Of a DNA stretch of 63,150 nucleotides, positions 27,872 through 36,383 are shown one piece after another. Numbering within the stretch: the first letter of the stretch is position 1; each line of letters starts with the position of its first letter. Source of the stretch: an uncultured Candidatus Saccharibacteria bacterium (GTDB lineage Bacteria > Patescibacteriota > Doudnabacteria > UBA920); contig CAZHER010000006.1 of the NCBI GenBank assembly GCA_964532005.1, positions 1 to 63,150 of the forward strand, in the 5' to 3' direction. The translations under genes and the position numbers were made by a program. The notes under the pieces are model-generated. The model was not told the origin of the DNA, did no database searches, and worked only from the letters and a program-made list of their open reading frames with translations.

Positions 27872-29008
27872 CTATAATTCCTCATTCATCAAACGAATGA
27901 AGTCTTGCGAGAAGTAACGAGTGGGAACTAGAGGGGCAAACAAGTTCATAAGCCAGAACAATAAAGGGGATTTCAAGGTAGCCCATGTTTTCATTTTTCT
28001 CGTGACCCTTTGAGCGTTATAAACTCTTTTTCGCCTTTTTGTTTCATAACTCTGCAAGGCTTGAGGAATTTTTGATATGTCTCTAATTTGGGCAAGTTCA
28101 TACGAGAGTACATAAGCATCTTCCAGAGCCATTGAACCACCAAGTCCTGCAAAGGGTTCAAAGGCATGAGCAGCATCGCCTAATAGAACCACATTATCTT
28201 TTACCCATGAGTTCAGTTTTACTTCTTCTAGGTCAGTTGGTAATATGTCCTCATCTTTTAGTCCTTTCAGTATTTCTTTGGTCAGAGGAGAGTCTCTAAA
28301 GATTTCTTGAAGCCGTTCAATTCTTCCTGCAGTGTCGTCATGCTGTAAGTGGTCGACGGCACAACTAAACAGCGCCAGGCTTGAATTTCCGTCATCAAAA
28401 GTGTTTAGAAATTTTCCTGGCGACAGGTATTCGGTAACAGTATGGGTTTCGGATATTCGAGTTTTGGGAATTACAAACCAACAACGCCAATTAATATATT
28501 TTTCTATATTTTCAGAAAAATACATTTTTCTGATAGAGGAGTGCACCCCGTCTGCGCCCACTACTAAGTCAAAAGTTTGCTGGTTTCCATTATTTAGGGT
28601 TGCTTCAATTCCTGACCGGGTAGACTTTAGGTTGGTTACTGTGGTTTCCATATTAATTTTTGACTGATCCACTCCGCTCAGCAACCAATCATGCAGGTCT
28701 TTGCGGTGAAGGTGGCTATAGCCGAGACCATACTGAGTATAGAAATTGCTCAAGTCGTAAGTTTTCAGAGTCCGACCGGAAAAATTTTTTATGACCAATT
28801 GACGGTTTGGTACTATTGAACGATCAAAATTTTCACCCAACCCCAACTTATAGAGGATTGCCCTGCCATTGCTCCACATACCAAGAGAATAGCCATGTTT
28901 TGTCCAATTTTTTTCCCGCTCGATTAATACATAGTCTAAGCCAATTTTTTGCAAGAAAGATGCCAAGGCCAGCCCGCCAATCCCTCCGCCAACTATTAGT
29001 ATTTTCAT
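27872..29008 (-). CDS. FAD-dependent monooxygenase (UbiH/salicylate hydroxylase-like)
   Basis: KILIVGGGIGG, DLVVGADGVHS and VVLLGDAAH..GLGGSMALEDA motifs. ATG 29008 lies 6 nt after TATAAT. Confidence 0.9.
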   Translation of the reverse strand: MKILIVGGGIGGLALASFLQKIGLDYVLIEREKNWTKHGYSLGMWSNGRAILYKLGLGENFDRSIVPNRQLVIKNFSGRTLKTYDLSNFYTQYGLGYSHLHRKDLHDWLLSGVDQSKINMETTVTNLKSTRSGIEATLNNGNQQTFDLVVGADGVHSSIRKMYFSENIEKYINWRCWFVIPKTRISETHTVTEYLSPGKFLNTFDDGNSSLALFSCAVDHLQHDDTAGRIERLQEIFRDSPLTKEILKGLKDEDILPTDLEEVKLNSWVKDNVVLLGDAAHAFEPFAGLGGSMALEDAYVLSYELAQIRDISKIPQALQSYETKRRKRVYNAQRVTRKMKTWATLKSPLLFWLMNLFAPLVPTRYFSQDFIRLMNEEL

Positions 29009-29072
29009 ATTTTGATTATACACTTGTGGTATGGCTTTTTAAAGAGGCTCGGAACGCCTTTTTAATGCTCTT

Positions 29073-29165
29073 CTAGTGGTCCTCTAGTGTATGAGGAACT
29101 AGTTGAACAGGTGGTTGAACTAGGGTTCAACTAGTACAAGAGCTGGTATATCTAAGGTTATACCA
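29073..29165. repeat. CTAG-rich short inverted/direct repeat cluster
   Basis: Perfect 11-bp inverted repeat ACTAGTTGAAC (29098-29108) / GTTCAACTAGT (29125-29135), five CTAG in 29073-29134, and a second inverted repeat CTGGTATA..TATACCAG. Confidence 0.6.
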
Positions 29166-29192
29166 GTTTTGCTAACAAAAACCCTAATTTCA

Positions 29193-29408
29193 TTACTCTT
29201 TCTCTTTTTCCGTTAGAGGAGCGGCCCATATATTATGATCTGAGAAAAGTTCAGCAATTGTTTCTCTAGAATTCACAGTCCGTGCTTTTATTAATATATC
29301 TCTTAGGTTTCCTTTTCGTCTAAGGAAATCTACGTAATAGGCATTTACCGCGTATTTGTTTAGGCGGTTCATGTATAGTTGGGGTTTAAAATAAGTACGT
29401 GTATCCAT
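29193..29408 (-). CDS. Small hypothetical protein (~71 aa)
   Basis: MDTRTYFKPQLYMNRLNKYAV... ATG 29408 is preferred over the track start at 29456. Lies in the element-remnant region. Confidence 0.5.
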   Translation of the reverse strand: MDTRTYFKPQLYMNRLNKYAVNAYYVDFLRRKGNLRDILIKARTVNSRETIAELFSDHNIWAAPLTEKEKE

Positions 29409-29474
29409 AAGTTGAGCATAACAAAAAATACCTGCAAGTAACAGGTGTTTTTTCAAATATTAATAACTATTGCT

Positions 29475-29762
29475 CTGTCTTTCAAACGAGACAAGATCAC
29501 CAGACTGCTTTCCAATCCAATTTGTTAAGGTCTATTCCAATTCAGTGGTGAACTCTATCAGGGAGATCACGAACCCATTGTCTTAAAACAGTTATTCGAT
29601 ACTGTTCAGAAAGTCCTCAAAGGCGAGTCCAGACCTCACAAACAACCTACAAACAAGCCCCAAGCCCTTTGTGGCTTGCTAGCTTGTGGTGAGTGCAATC
29701 GAGCGATTACTGCAGAAGTAAAGATAAAGACCCAACAGAATGGTAAAAATCTTAATATTTGA
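29475..29762 (+). pseudogene. Fragment of a large serine recombinase (recombinase domain end and Zn-ribbon start)
   Basis: Manual translation: LSFKRDKITRLLSNPIC*GLFQFSGELYQGDHEPIVLKQLFDTVQKVLKGESRPHKQPTNKPQALCGLLACGECNRAITAEVKIKTQQNGKNLNI*. It matches the LxNPxYxG..GxHEPI..FxxVQ..L.GLxxCGxC pattern. In-frame TAA at 29526, no start, truncated. Confidence 0.8.
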
Positions 29763-29787
29763 CTTTTTCTCCCATTTATGCTACAAT
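29759..29787 (+). promoter_or_regulatory. Sigma70 promoter with extended -10
   Basis: TTGACT-17 nt-TACAAT with TG at 29779-29780. The -35 box coincides with the point where recombinase similarity ends. Confidence 0.6.
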
Positions 29788-29891
29788 CTTAAGCCTCCAT
29801 ATATTTTAGGAGATCCTCACACCTCGGGGCTAGGGGTAGATAGTTTGGGCGATCAAAAGTCTAAACTTTGTGGAAAAGGAGGAATTTTCCA

Positions 29892-30812
29892 ATGTCAGAC
29901 ATTAAAAGTGTTAAAGATATCAATGGCCATCATATCGAGGCCTTCGTTAACAAGCTGGGCGGAATTGAGAATTTTGTTCTTGGCTTGCGTCACGACTGCG
30001 ATTTGATTTTACAACCACGGTTTCCGAAATATTTTGACAAGAATGGTCATGGTATTCCTGAGAATCTCACGGCTACGGTTTGTGATTCTAATAAGGATTA
30101 CACACTGACTCAGCCTGATGTTCTATCGAACGTGTTTCTGGCCGGATGCTTCGTGCGAGCCAAAAACTACTTGGGCGACTACCTCGGGCGTGGTATGATC
30201 TCTTACGGCTCCTATCAGGAGCTTGTGAATATACAGGTGGCTAAGCTCAAAGCCGACGAATCCGTAGCTAACCTTCTGAAAGGAGTTTGGCTTCCCATCA
30301 TTATTCCGCCAATGGTGATCGACGATATTGGCAGGAGCGTTGAAACTATCGTTGAAGCCGCTGGCGCGTCATACAAGGATCAATACCAAAATCGTAAGTG
30401 GGAGAATGAGCTAAAGGGCAAGCTTGCTGGAAACGTGACAATCATTGAAGGCACTCGTCACGACCGGCTTATCTCACAGATCGCTGAAAACTCAGTTGTG
30501 GGGATTTACTTCCCAAATGCTTTACAGGGCTTTTCAGTGAATGCTCAACGGGAATTCGTTCAGCGGCTGCCGGAAGGGTTTTCTCTTACTGGGGCCATTG
30601 AGCCTTCGGTGGCACTGGCGATGTATCCCACTGTGCTGGCTCACGGCAACAAGACCCCTGTATACGACTGCTCAGCACTTCAATATAAGCCTACGTACGC
30701 CGAGCAGTCGTTCTACTTCGGGGCTAATGATGGCAGGCTGGAGTTCGACCACAAGGTCGGTCTCATCTTTGAGAACGGGACCCATTCCGGTGGCTTGCTC
30801 TTCGTTGGGTAG
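29892..30812 (+). CDS. Hypothetical protein with a C-terminus resembling CPR C-type-lectin-like/DGR-target ends
   Basis: AGGAGG SD before ATG 29892. Ends SFYFGANDGRLEFDHKVGLIFENGTHSGGLLFVG, followed by a terminator-like hairpin at ~30899-30933. Confidence 0.75.
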   Translation: MSDIKSVKDINGHHIEAFVNKLGGIENFVLGLRHDCDLILQPRFPKYFDKNGHGIPENLTATVCDSNKDYTLTQPDVLSNVFLAGCFVRAKNYLGDYLGRGMISYGSYQELVNIQVAKLKADESVANLLKGVWLPIIIPPMVIDDIGRSVETIVEAAGASYKDQYQNRKWENELKGKLAGNVTIIEGTRHDRLISQIAENSVVGIYFPNALQGFSVNAQREFVQRLPEGFSLTGAIEPSVALAMYPTVLAHGNKTPVYDCSALQYKPTYAEQSFYFGANDGRLEFDHKVGLIFENGTHSGGLLFVG

Positions 30813-31030
30813 TGAGGACTTTGGAATTTGGAGATTTGTTTTTGGATCTGGTCTTTTGCTTTTTGCCCTTGGTCTTTTCCCCAAAGCAATTTCTCAAGCG
30901 AGATACAATGAATTTTATTGTAGCTCGTTTTTTGTTATATTTTTGAGATTAGGTTAATGCACTGTCGTTCACGGATTACAGTCGCCGAAATCCTATACTA
31001 CTTCAATAAGTATTAGAGTTGGTAGTGTTA

Positions 31031-31105
31031 TGGTAGCGCCACGGGGAATCGAACCCCGGTTCCATGGATGAGAACCATGTGTCCTAACCACTAGACGATG
31101 GCGCC
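31031..31105 (-). tRNA. tRNA-Glu(CTC)
   Basis: Reverse complement GGCGCCATCGTCTAGTGGTTAGGACACATGGTTCTCATCCATGGAACCGGGGTTCGATTCCCCGTGGCGCTACCA; cloverleaf, anticodon CTC, encoded CCA. Confidence 0.96.
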
Positions 31106-31205
31106 GCACTTAAAATTCCTGTATATTATAGCTATTTTAAGCAGTTCAATCAACCTGCTGGACAGCAAACACCTTTATGCTATACTACAAATCCAGAATA
31201 CATAT

Positions 31206-31328
31206 ATGGCTAAATTTTTCTTAATTTTCATTACAATTGTTTTTCTTGCCGCTGGTTGTGGAGGGGTTACTTTAGAAAAAAACGAACCGACCGTACATCA
31301 GGATTCTTATGAACCATTACCAAAATAA
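31206..31328 (+). CDS. 40-aa putative lipoprotein
   Basis: MAKFFLIFITIVFLAAG|CGGVTLEKNEPTVHQDSYEPLPK: signal peptide with LAAGC lipobox. TATACT upstream and a hairpin plus T-tract downstream. Confidence 0.6.
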   Translation: MAKFFLIFITIVFLAAGCGGVTLEKNEPTVHQDSYEPLPK

Positions 31329-31384
31329 ATAAAAATAAATGCGCCCAAGAGCGCGTTTTTAGTGCCAAATTGTCGGAGGAATGA

Positions 31385-31606
31385 TAAAGCACAAACGATT
31401 TAAGTTTACAGGAATGTGTCTATCCCGCGGTTGCGAGCGGGGATAAACTGCGTGAGTTAGGCTCTAGTTAGCGGGGGTCAAAACAAAGTGGTTGGAAAGA
31501 CTGTCCGCCTTGTGTGGGGGAGGCTTGCCATGTTAATACAAGCCAACATTTCTGTAATAAGCACGGGCGCGCTCAATATGCTGATGAGCCGCCCGTTGTT
31601 TTTTTT
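31385..31606 (+). ncRNA. Candidate structured non-coding RNA of unknown class
   Basis: GC-rich and ORF-poor. Long-range stem TTACAGGAATGT (31406-31417) / ACATTTCTGTAA (31546-31557), internal hairpins, then a hairpin at 31563-31596 with a T-tract on the + strand. Confidence 0.4.
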
Positions 31607-32201
31607 ATTCCTCGGTATTAAGATTTTCTTCTGAGAGCTCTTCGGGGTTTTGGTTTTCTTTCAAGGTTTCGTTGGCTTCGGGAGTTTCTGGGAGTTTGAT
31701 AGCTTTGGTCAAGCTTTCGAAATCTGGTAGATCCTCTATTGAGTTTAACCCTAAATGTTGCAAGAACTCAGTAGTCACCTGGTAAAGTGAGCCGCGGGCA
31801 TCGTGGGGGTTGGGTATTTTTTCTACCAGCCCTCTCATGAGCAAAGCCCGCAAGCTGTATTGAGAGTTAACCCCGCGAATTGCTTCTACTTCCGCTTTAG
31901 AGATAGGTTGTCTGTAGGCAATAATAGATAAAACTTCGACTGTAGCGTCAGTCAGTTTTTCTCTTAGATCCGCATTAAGGAAGGACTTTACAAGATCACT
32001 ATTTTCACTGTTGGTGGCCATTTGGTAGCTCCCATTGGCTTCTAAAATGACCACACCGCTCTCTCTGCGATCATTTACCAGTTCCGCAGCAGCTTGTCTT
32101 ATCTTTACTTCTGGTTCACCTGTAAACTTAGCCAGAGCTTTATACGACAAGGGCTTACTGGAAACAAAAAGCAGACTTTCAATTTTATGTTTGATATCCA
32201 T
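31605..32201 (-). CDS. scpB: SMC-Scp complex subunit ScpB
   Basis: IESLLFVS, YQMAT, EVLSIIAYRQPISKAEVEAIRGVNS and TTEFLQHLGL motifs. Confidence 0.95.
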   Translation of the reverse strand: MDIKHKIESLLFVSSKPLSYKALAKFTGEPEVKIRQAAAELVNDRRESGVVILEANGSYQMATNSENSDLVKSFLNADLREKLTDATVEVLSIIAYRQPISKAEVEAIRGVNSQYSLRALLMRGLVEKIPNPHDARGSLYQVTTEFLQHLGLNSIEDLPDFESLTKAIKLPETPEANETLKENQNPEELSEENLNTEE

Positions 32202-32932
32202 TAGTTTTCTTCAATGCTAATTACTGCTGTTGGTTGGTATTTGCGAATTGTAATGTCAGTAAATAAGTCTTCTTGTTCAACAGATAATAATCTTTGCTTG
32301 GTTAGTTCCAATAAAGCTAGAAAAGTAATAATCACCTCGGGTTTGCTCTTGGCAGTTTTTAACAGGTCGTTAAGGTTTGTTTCTATTTTATCAGAAAGCA
32401 GTACTTGCAGTTCCTTTATTTTGTCTTGAATAGAAATTGCTTCTCGAATTTGGGCTTTCGGCAGGTTGTCCAGCTCTTTCAAAATTTGGACAATTCCACC
32501 TGCTGCCTTTTGCAGATCTGGCGGTGTTAATTCCGGATCAGGCAGAAAACTAATGCGCTCCGAAAATACCAATGTCCGAATGAAGCTTTGTTTCCTCTTG
32601 GCGTCCTGCGACTTTAACCATTTTGCGGTCTCTTTAAATTGTTGATACAAAATTAATCGTTGTGCCAAATCTTCGCCAGTTTCTTCTTCCAAGTTCTCTA
32701 CTTCTAGGCTCGGGAGTATGGCTTTTGACTTAATTACCAACAATTTGGCTGCAATGGATAAATAGTCTGCCAGGGCAGTGGCATCGACATTTTCCAGATC
32801 TTTGACGTACGACAAAAACTGCTCAGTCACTTCGGACAAAGCTAGCTCTGTAATATTAAGTTTTTGTTCCTGAATGAGGGAGAGCAATAAGTCTAGTGGC
32901 CCTTCAAACTGGTGGAGTTTTACTTGCTGCAT
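32201..32932 (-). CDS. scpA: Segregation/condensation protein ScpA
   Basis: FEGPLDLLLSLI, LLVIKSKAILP and FLALLEL motifs. Confidence 0.95.
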   Translation of the reverse strand: MQQVKLHQFEGPLDLLLSLIQEQKLNITELALSEVTEQFLSYVKDLENVDATALADYLSIAAKLLVIKSKAILPSLEVENLEEETGEDLAQRLILYQQFKETAKWLKSQDAKRKQSFIRTLVFSERISFLPDPELTPPDLQKAAGGIVQILKELDNLPKAQIREAISIQDKIKELQVLLSDKIETNLNDLLKTAKSKPEVIITFLALLELTKQRLLSVEQEDLFTDITIRKYQPTAVISIEEN

Positions 32933-32948
32933 TAGCAGTTTTGTTTTT

Positions 32949-34736
32949 TTATTTCTTTTCTTCGGGCAGATCCAACTTTATGCTCAATTCTTTTAATTGA
33001 TAGTCGTCCACAGTGCTTGGTGCATTCATCATCACATCCTGGGCTGAACCATTTTTGGGAAAAGCAATTACTTCGCGAATGTTAGGTTCGTTTTCAAAGA
33101 GCATCAGCATTCGGTCTATTCCCGGAGCAAACCCTCCTGAAGGCGGTGCACCGAATTCGAAAGCGCGAATCATGGCCCCAAACTTGGAATCCACAGTTTC
33201 TTTGTTGATCCCAACTATATTAAAGGCTTTGTACATGATATCGGGGTTGAAATTCCGAATGGCACCCGATGAAAGCTCCAGTCCATTGGCAATAATGTCA
33301 TATTGGTCAGCAAGAATTTCCAAGGGGTCTTGAGTTTCCAAAGCTTCCAGCCCGCCTTTGGGCATTGAGAATGGGTTGTGCATGAAGTCGATTTTCTTTT
33401 CCTTGGCATCATACTCATACAAAGGGAAGTCTGTAATCCAAGCCCAGGCCACAACATTTGGGTCTTTTAGATTGAATTTGTCACCCAGAACATCGCGCAA
33501 TTTACCAAGGACTTTGTTTACTATTGCTCTGTCGTCAGCGCCAAAAAATACAATGTCGCCCGTTTTTGCTCCCATTGTAGATTGAATAGCAGCCATTTCG
33601 GTTTCACTCATAAATTTGGCAATTGGGGATTTTGGACCTTCGTCGGAGTAGGTAATATAGGCCAATCCACCCGCACCTTCTTTTTTGGCAATTTCGGTGA
33701 GCTCATCTATTTGACCGCGGGACATTGTAGCGCCTCCTTCAAGACAAATAGCTTTAACACACCCACCGTTCTTTATTGCGTTGGCAAAAACCGTGAATTC
33801 TGTATTTTGTAGATACTCGGTTAATTCGGTCAGTTCCATACCATAGCGCAAGTCCGGACGATCGCTACCGTACTTTTCCATTGCTTCCTTAAATGGAATG
33901 CGGGGAAATATTTCGTCCTTCAACTTTTTATTGGCGAATTCTTTGGTCAATTTTACAAACAACGGCTCTAGTTCTTGAAACACAATTTCGCTTGTATCGG
34001 CAAAAGCAATTTCCAAGTCAAGCTGATAAAACTCCCCAGGGCTTCGGTCGGCACGGGGATCTTCATCGCGAAAACATGGGGCAATTTGAAAATATTTTGG
34101 CACCCCGCCAACCATGAGCAACTGCTTGAATTGCTGGGGAGCTTGGGGTAGGGCATAAAATTTTCCGGGATGAAGTCGGGAAGGAACCAGAAAGTCTCGC
34201 GCGCCTTCAGGAGAGGAGTTGGCTAATATCGGAGTATTTATTTCAATGAATTCGTGCTCGTCCATGTAATCACGGATCATCTTTATCATTAAGTGGCGGC
34301 GTTTTAGCATGCTTTGCATTTTGTCTCGGCGCAAGTCCAGGAATCTATACTTCAAACGAATTTCTTCGTTAACTTCATCTGTGGCGTGGTTGATCTGAAA
34401 GGGGAGAGCTTTGCTCTTATTGAGTACTGTAATTTCAGAAACAACGACTTCTACGGAACCGGTGGGGATGTTTGGGTTGACCAGCCCAGCATCGCGATTT
34501 TTTACGATTCCTTTTATTTGAACAACAAATTCGTCGCGCAAAGAGTTGGCAATGTCAAATACTGAACCAGCATCCGGATTTATGGTCAACTGAACAATTC
34601 CAGTATGGTCTCTCAAGTCAATAAAAATAAGACCGCCATGGTCTCTAGAGGAGGCTACCCAGCCGGACAGAGTAACTTCTTGTCCGACTTTGTCTAATGT
34701 TTCAATTGCTAGTGTTCTGCTTTGTTGGTGGGCCAT
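32949..34736 (-). CDS. aspS: Aspartate--tRNA ligase
   Basis: RDHGGLIFIDLRD, LKYRFLDLRR, ALPQAPQQFKQLLM, CFRDED, motif 3 GAPPSGGFAPGIDR. Confidence 0.97.
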   Translation of the reverse strand: MAHQQSRTLAIETLDKVGQEVTLSGWVASSRDHGGLIFIDLRDHTGIVQLTINPDAGSVFDIANSLRDEFVVQIKGIVKNRDAGLVNPNIPTGSVEVVVSEITVLNKSKALPFQINHATDEVNEEIRLKYRFLDLRRDKMQSMLKRRHLMIKMIRDYMDEHEFIEINTPILANSSPEGARDFLVPSRLHPGKFYALPQAPQQFKQLLMVGGVPKYFQIAPCFRDEDPRADRSPGEFYQLDLEIAFADTSEIVFQELEPLFVKLTKEFANKKLKDEIFPRIPFKEAMEKYGSDRPDLRYGMELTELTEYLQNTEFTVFANAIKNGGCVKAICLEGGATMSRGQIDELTEIAKKEGAGGLAYITYSDEGPKSPIAKFMSETEMAAIQSTMGAKTGDIVFFGADDRAIVNKVLGKLRDVLGDKFNLKDPNVVAWAWITDFPLYEYDAKEKKIDFMHNPFSMPKGGLEALETQDPLEILADQYDIIANGLELSSGAIRNFNPDIMYKAFNIVGINKETVDSKFGAMIRAFEFGAPPSGGFAPGIDRMLMLFENEPNIREVIAFPKNGSAQDVMMNAPSTVDDYQLKELSIKLDLPEEKK

Positions 34737-34903
34737 AAATACGAATAAATAAATAAAATAGTGTTTAAATCTTGCTGAATTATACCAAATTGCCTAAAAA
34801 TAAGCAAAAATCAAAGTTGTATATTATAACATATTCTATTAATTTTGTCAATAATTGAAATAGGGAAGAGGTGGTAAAAAAGCGATAGTGTATAATTAAA
34901 GTT

Positions 34904-35482
34904 ATGTTGAAAAAAATTGTACTTGATCTTGAGACACAAAAAGAATTTGCAGAAGTTGGCGGTCGCGGTAAAAATCATTTGTTGAAAATTTCAGTTTGTG
35001 GTATTTATGATTATTCGACCAAAAAATATTCCATTTATGAGGAGCATGAAATTCCCAAATTGGCGGGGATTCTCCAAACTGCAGATCAAATTATTGGTTA
35101 TAACATAAAAGATTTTGATTTTGAAGTCCTGCAGCCATATCTAAATTTTGATATATTTGAAATTCCGTATTGCGACCTATTACAGGAGGTTGCTGCTGTG
35201 CTGGGGCACCGGATAAAACTGGAAGATATTGCCCAAGGTACTATTGGGATGGGCAAGTCCGGCAACGGAAAACAAGCAATAATGTTTTGGAAAAATGGGC
35301 GACTGGATTTGCTAAAAAAATATTGTTTGGATGATGTGAAGGTAACAAAAATGGTTTACGATTACGCTTTGACCAACCAGAAACTTTTATACCGCGATTT
35401 TTTCAAAATGAAAGAAATTAAGTTAAAAATAAACGAACCCGACCCGCGAGTAGGAGTGATGCATCAATCGGTTTTATTTTAA
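34904..35482 (+). CDS. RNase H-like (DEDD-type) domain protein
   Basis: IVLDLET, IIGYNIKDFD, KLEDIA and YCLDDVKVT motifs. Confidence 0.8.
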   Translation: MLKKIVLDLETQKEFAEVGGRGKNHLLKISVCGIYDYSTKKYSIYEEHEIPKLAGILQTADQIIGYNIKDFDFEVLQPYLNFDIFEIPYCDLLQEVAAVLGHRIKLEDIAQGTIGMGKSGNGKQAIMFWKNGRLDLLKKYCLDDVKVTKMVYDYALTNQKLLYRDFFKMKEIKLKINEPDPRVGVMHQSVLF

Positions 35483-35486
35483 AAAT

Positions 35487-36383
35487 ATGACCAGATTCAT
35501 TAAGCACCCAACAGCTTCGAACCTATACCCTACTGCGATTTTACTTTTTGCCGGCGTGGTTTTAGTGGTTTCCATTCTGGGATTTTTGCGTCCCGTGTTC
35601 TCCGGTTCAGTTGTTTTACCCCAAGAACTGAGTTTGGGCTTCTTGAGAATCCATTATTATGGATTGATACTCGCAGCAGCTGTGTTGACAGCCAGGTTTT
35701 TTGCTTTGAGGAGAGCAGAGCAATATGGTTTGACCAGAGACAGGGCAGACAATATTATTTTAGTTACGATCTTGGCTGGTTTACTCGGTGCTCGTCTGTA
35801 TCACGTGGCCTCGGAGATTCAATTTTATTTTGCCAATCCCCAATTCATTTTTGCTTTCTGGCGCGGTGGGCTGAGCATTTATGGGGCTGTGTTAGGCGGA
35901 GCTTTAAGCTTGGCTTTTTTTGCTTGGAGGTCGGGGTGGTCTTGGTTACGGTTCAACAATTATTTGAATTGGCTGACTTTTAGCATTTTGGCAGGGCAGG
36001 TATTAGGACGACTAGGAAATTTGTTCAACTATGAAGCTTATGGTATTCCTACTGCATTGCCTTGGAAAATGTTTGTGCCAATAGAATTTCGATTGCCACA
36101 AATGTTGTTGGACCCATTTTATCATCCATGGTTTTTGTATGAATCTTTGGCCAATTTGGTGATTTTCTTTGTTCTCTTAAGATGGAAGCGAGACTCTGCT
36201 CAGCTTTTCTTGTGGTATTTGCTGCTGTATAATACAGTCAGATTCGGGCTTGAATTTTTAAGGATTGATAGTGTTTTTGTTGGCCCAATCAGGCTGAACA
36301 CCTTGGTTAGCTTAGGGTTGGCCTTGGTAGCAGGAGCTCTGCTAATTAAATTTACAAATGGAACAGATCGCAAAATATCATAA
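35487..36383 (+). CDS. lgt: Prolipoprotein diacylglyceryl transferase
   Basis: IHYYG, GARLYHV, RGGLSIYGA, GRLGNLFNYEAYG, HPWFLYES and RFGLEFLR motifs. Confidence 0.93.
   Translation: MTRFIKHPTASNLYPTAILLFAGVVLVVSILGFLRPVFSGSVVLPQELSLGFLRIHYYGLILAAAVLTARFFALRRAEQYGLTRDRADNIILVTILAGLLGARLYHVASEIQFYFANPQFIFAFWRGGLSIYGAVLGGALSLAFFAWRSGWSWLRFNNYLNWLTFSILAGQVLGRLGNLFNYEAYGIPTALPWKMFVPIEFRLPQMLLDPFYHPWFLYESLANLVIFFVLLRWKRDSAQLFLWYLLLYNTVRFGLEFLRIDSVFVGPIRLNTLVSLGLALVAGALLIKFTNGTDRKIS

Noticed and set aside
29740-30006. 88-aa ORF from the track
   Set aside because: It spans the promoter, leader and start of the 29892 gene in another frame and has no protein-like features.
30541-30957. 138-aa alternative-frame ORF overlapping the 29892 gene
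   Set aside because: It overlaps a better-supported gene, has no SD or promoter, and runs through the terminator.
27840-31030. Intact prophage or ICE at tRNA-Glu
   Set aside because: Only a stop-interrupted recombinase fragment is present. No structural, replication or conjugation genes, and no duplicated tRNA-Glu 3' end was found.
31098-31205. N-terminal extension of the 76-aa ORF starting inside tRNA-Glu
   Set aside because: The start lies within the antisense tRNA; the downstream ATG 31206 gives a proper signal peptide.
31490-31596. Hammerhead ribozyme (CTGATGAG at 31581 with upstream GAAA)
   Set aside because: The base before GAAA is G rather than the required C, stems I and III cannot be built convincingly, and CTGATGAG lies inside the terminator-like hairpin.
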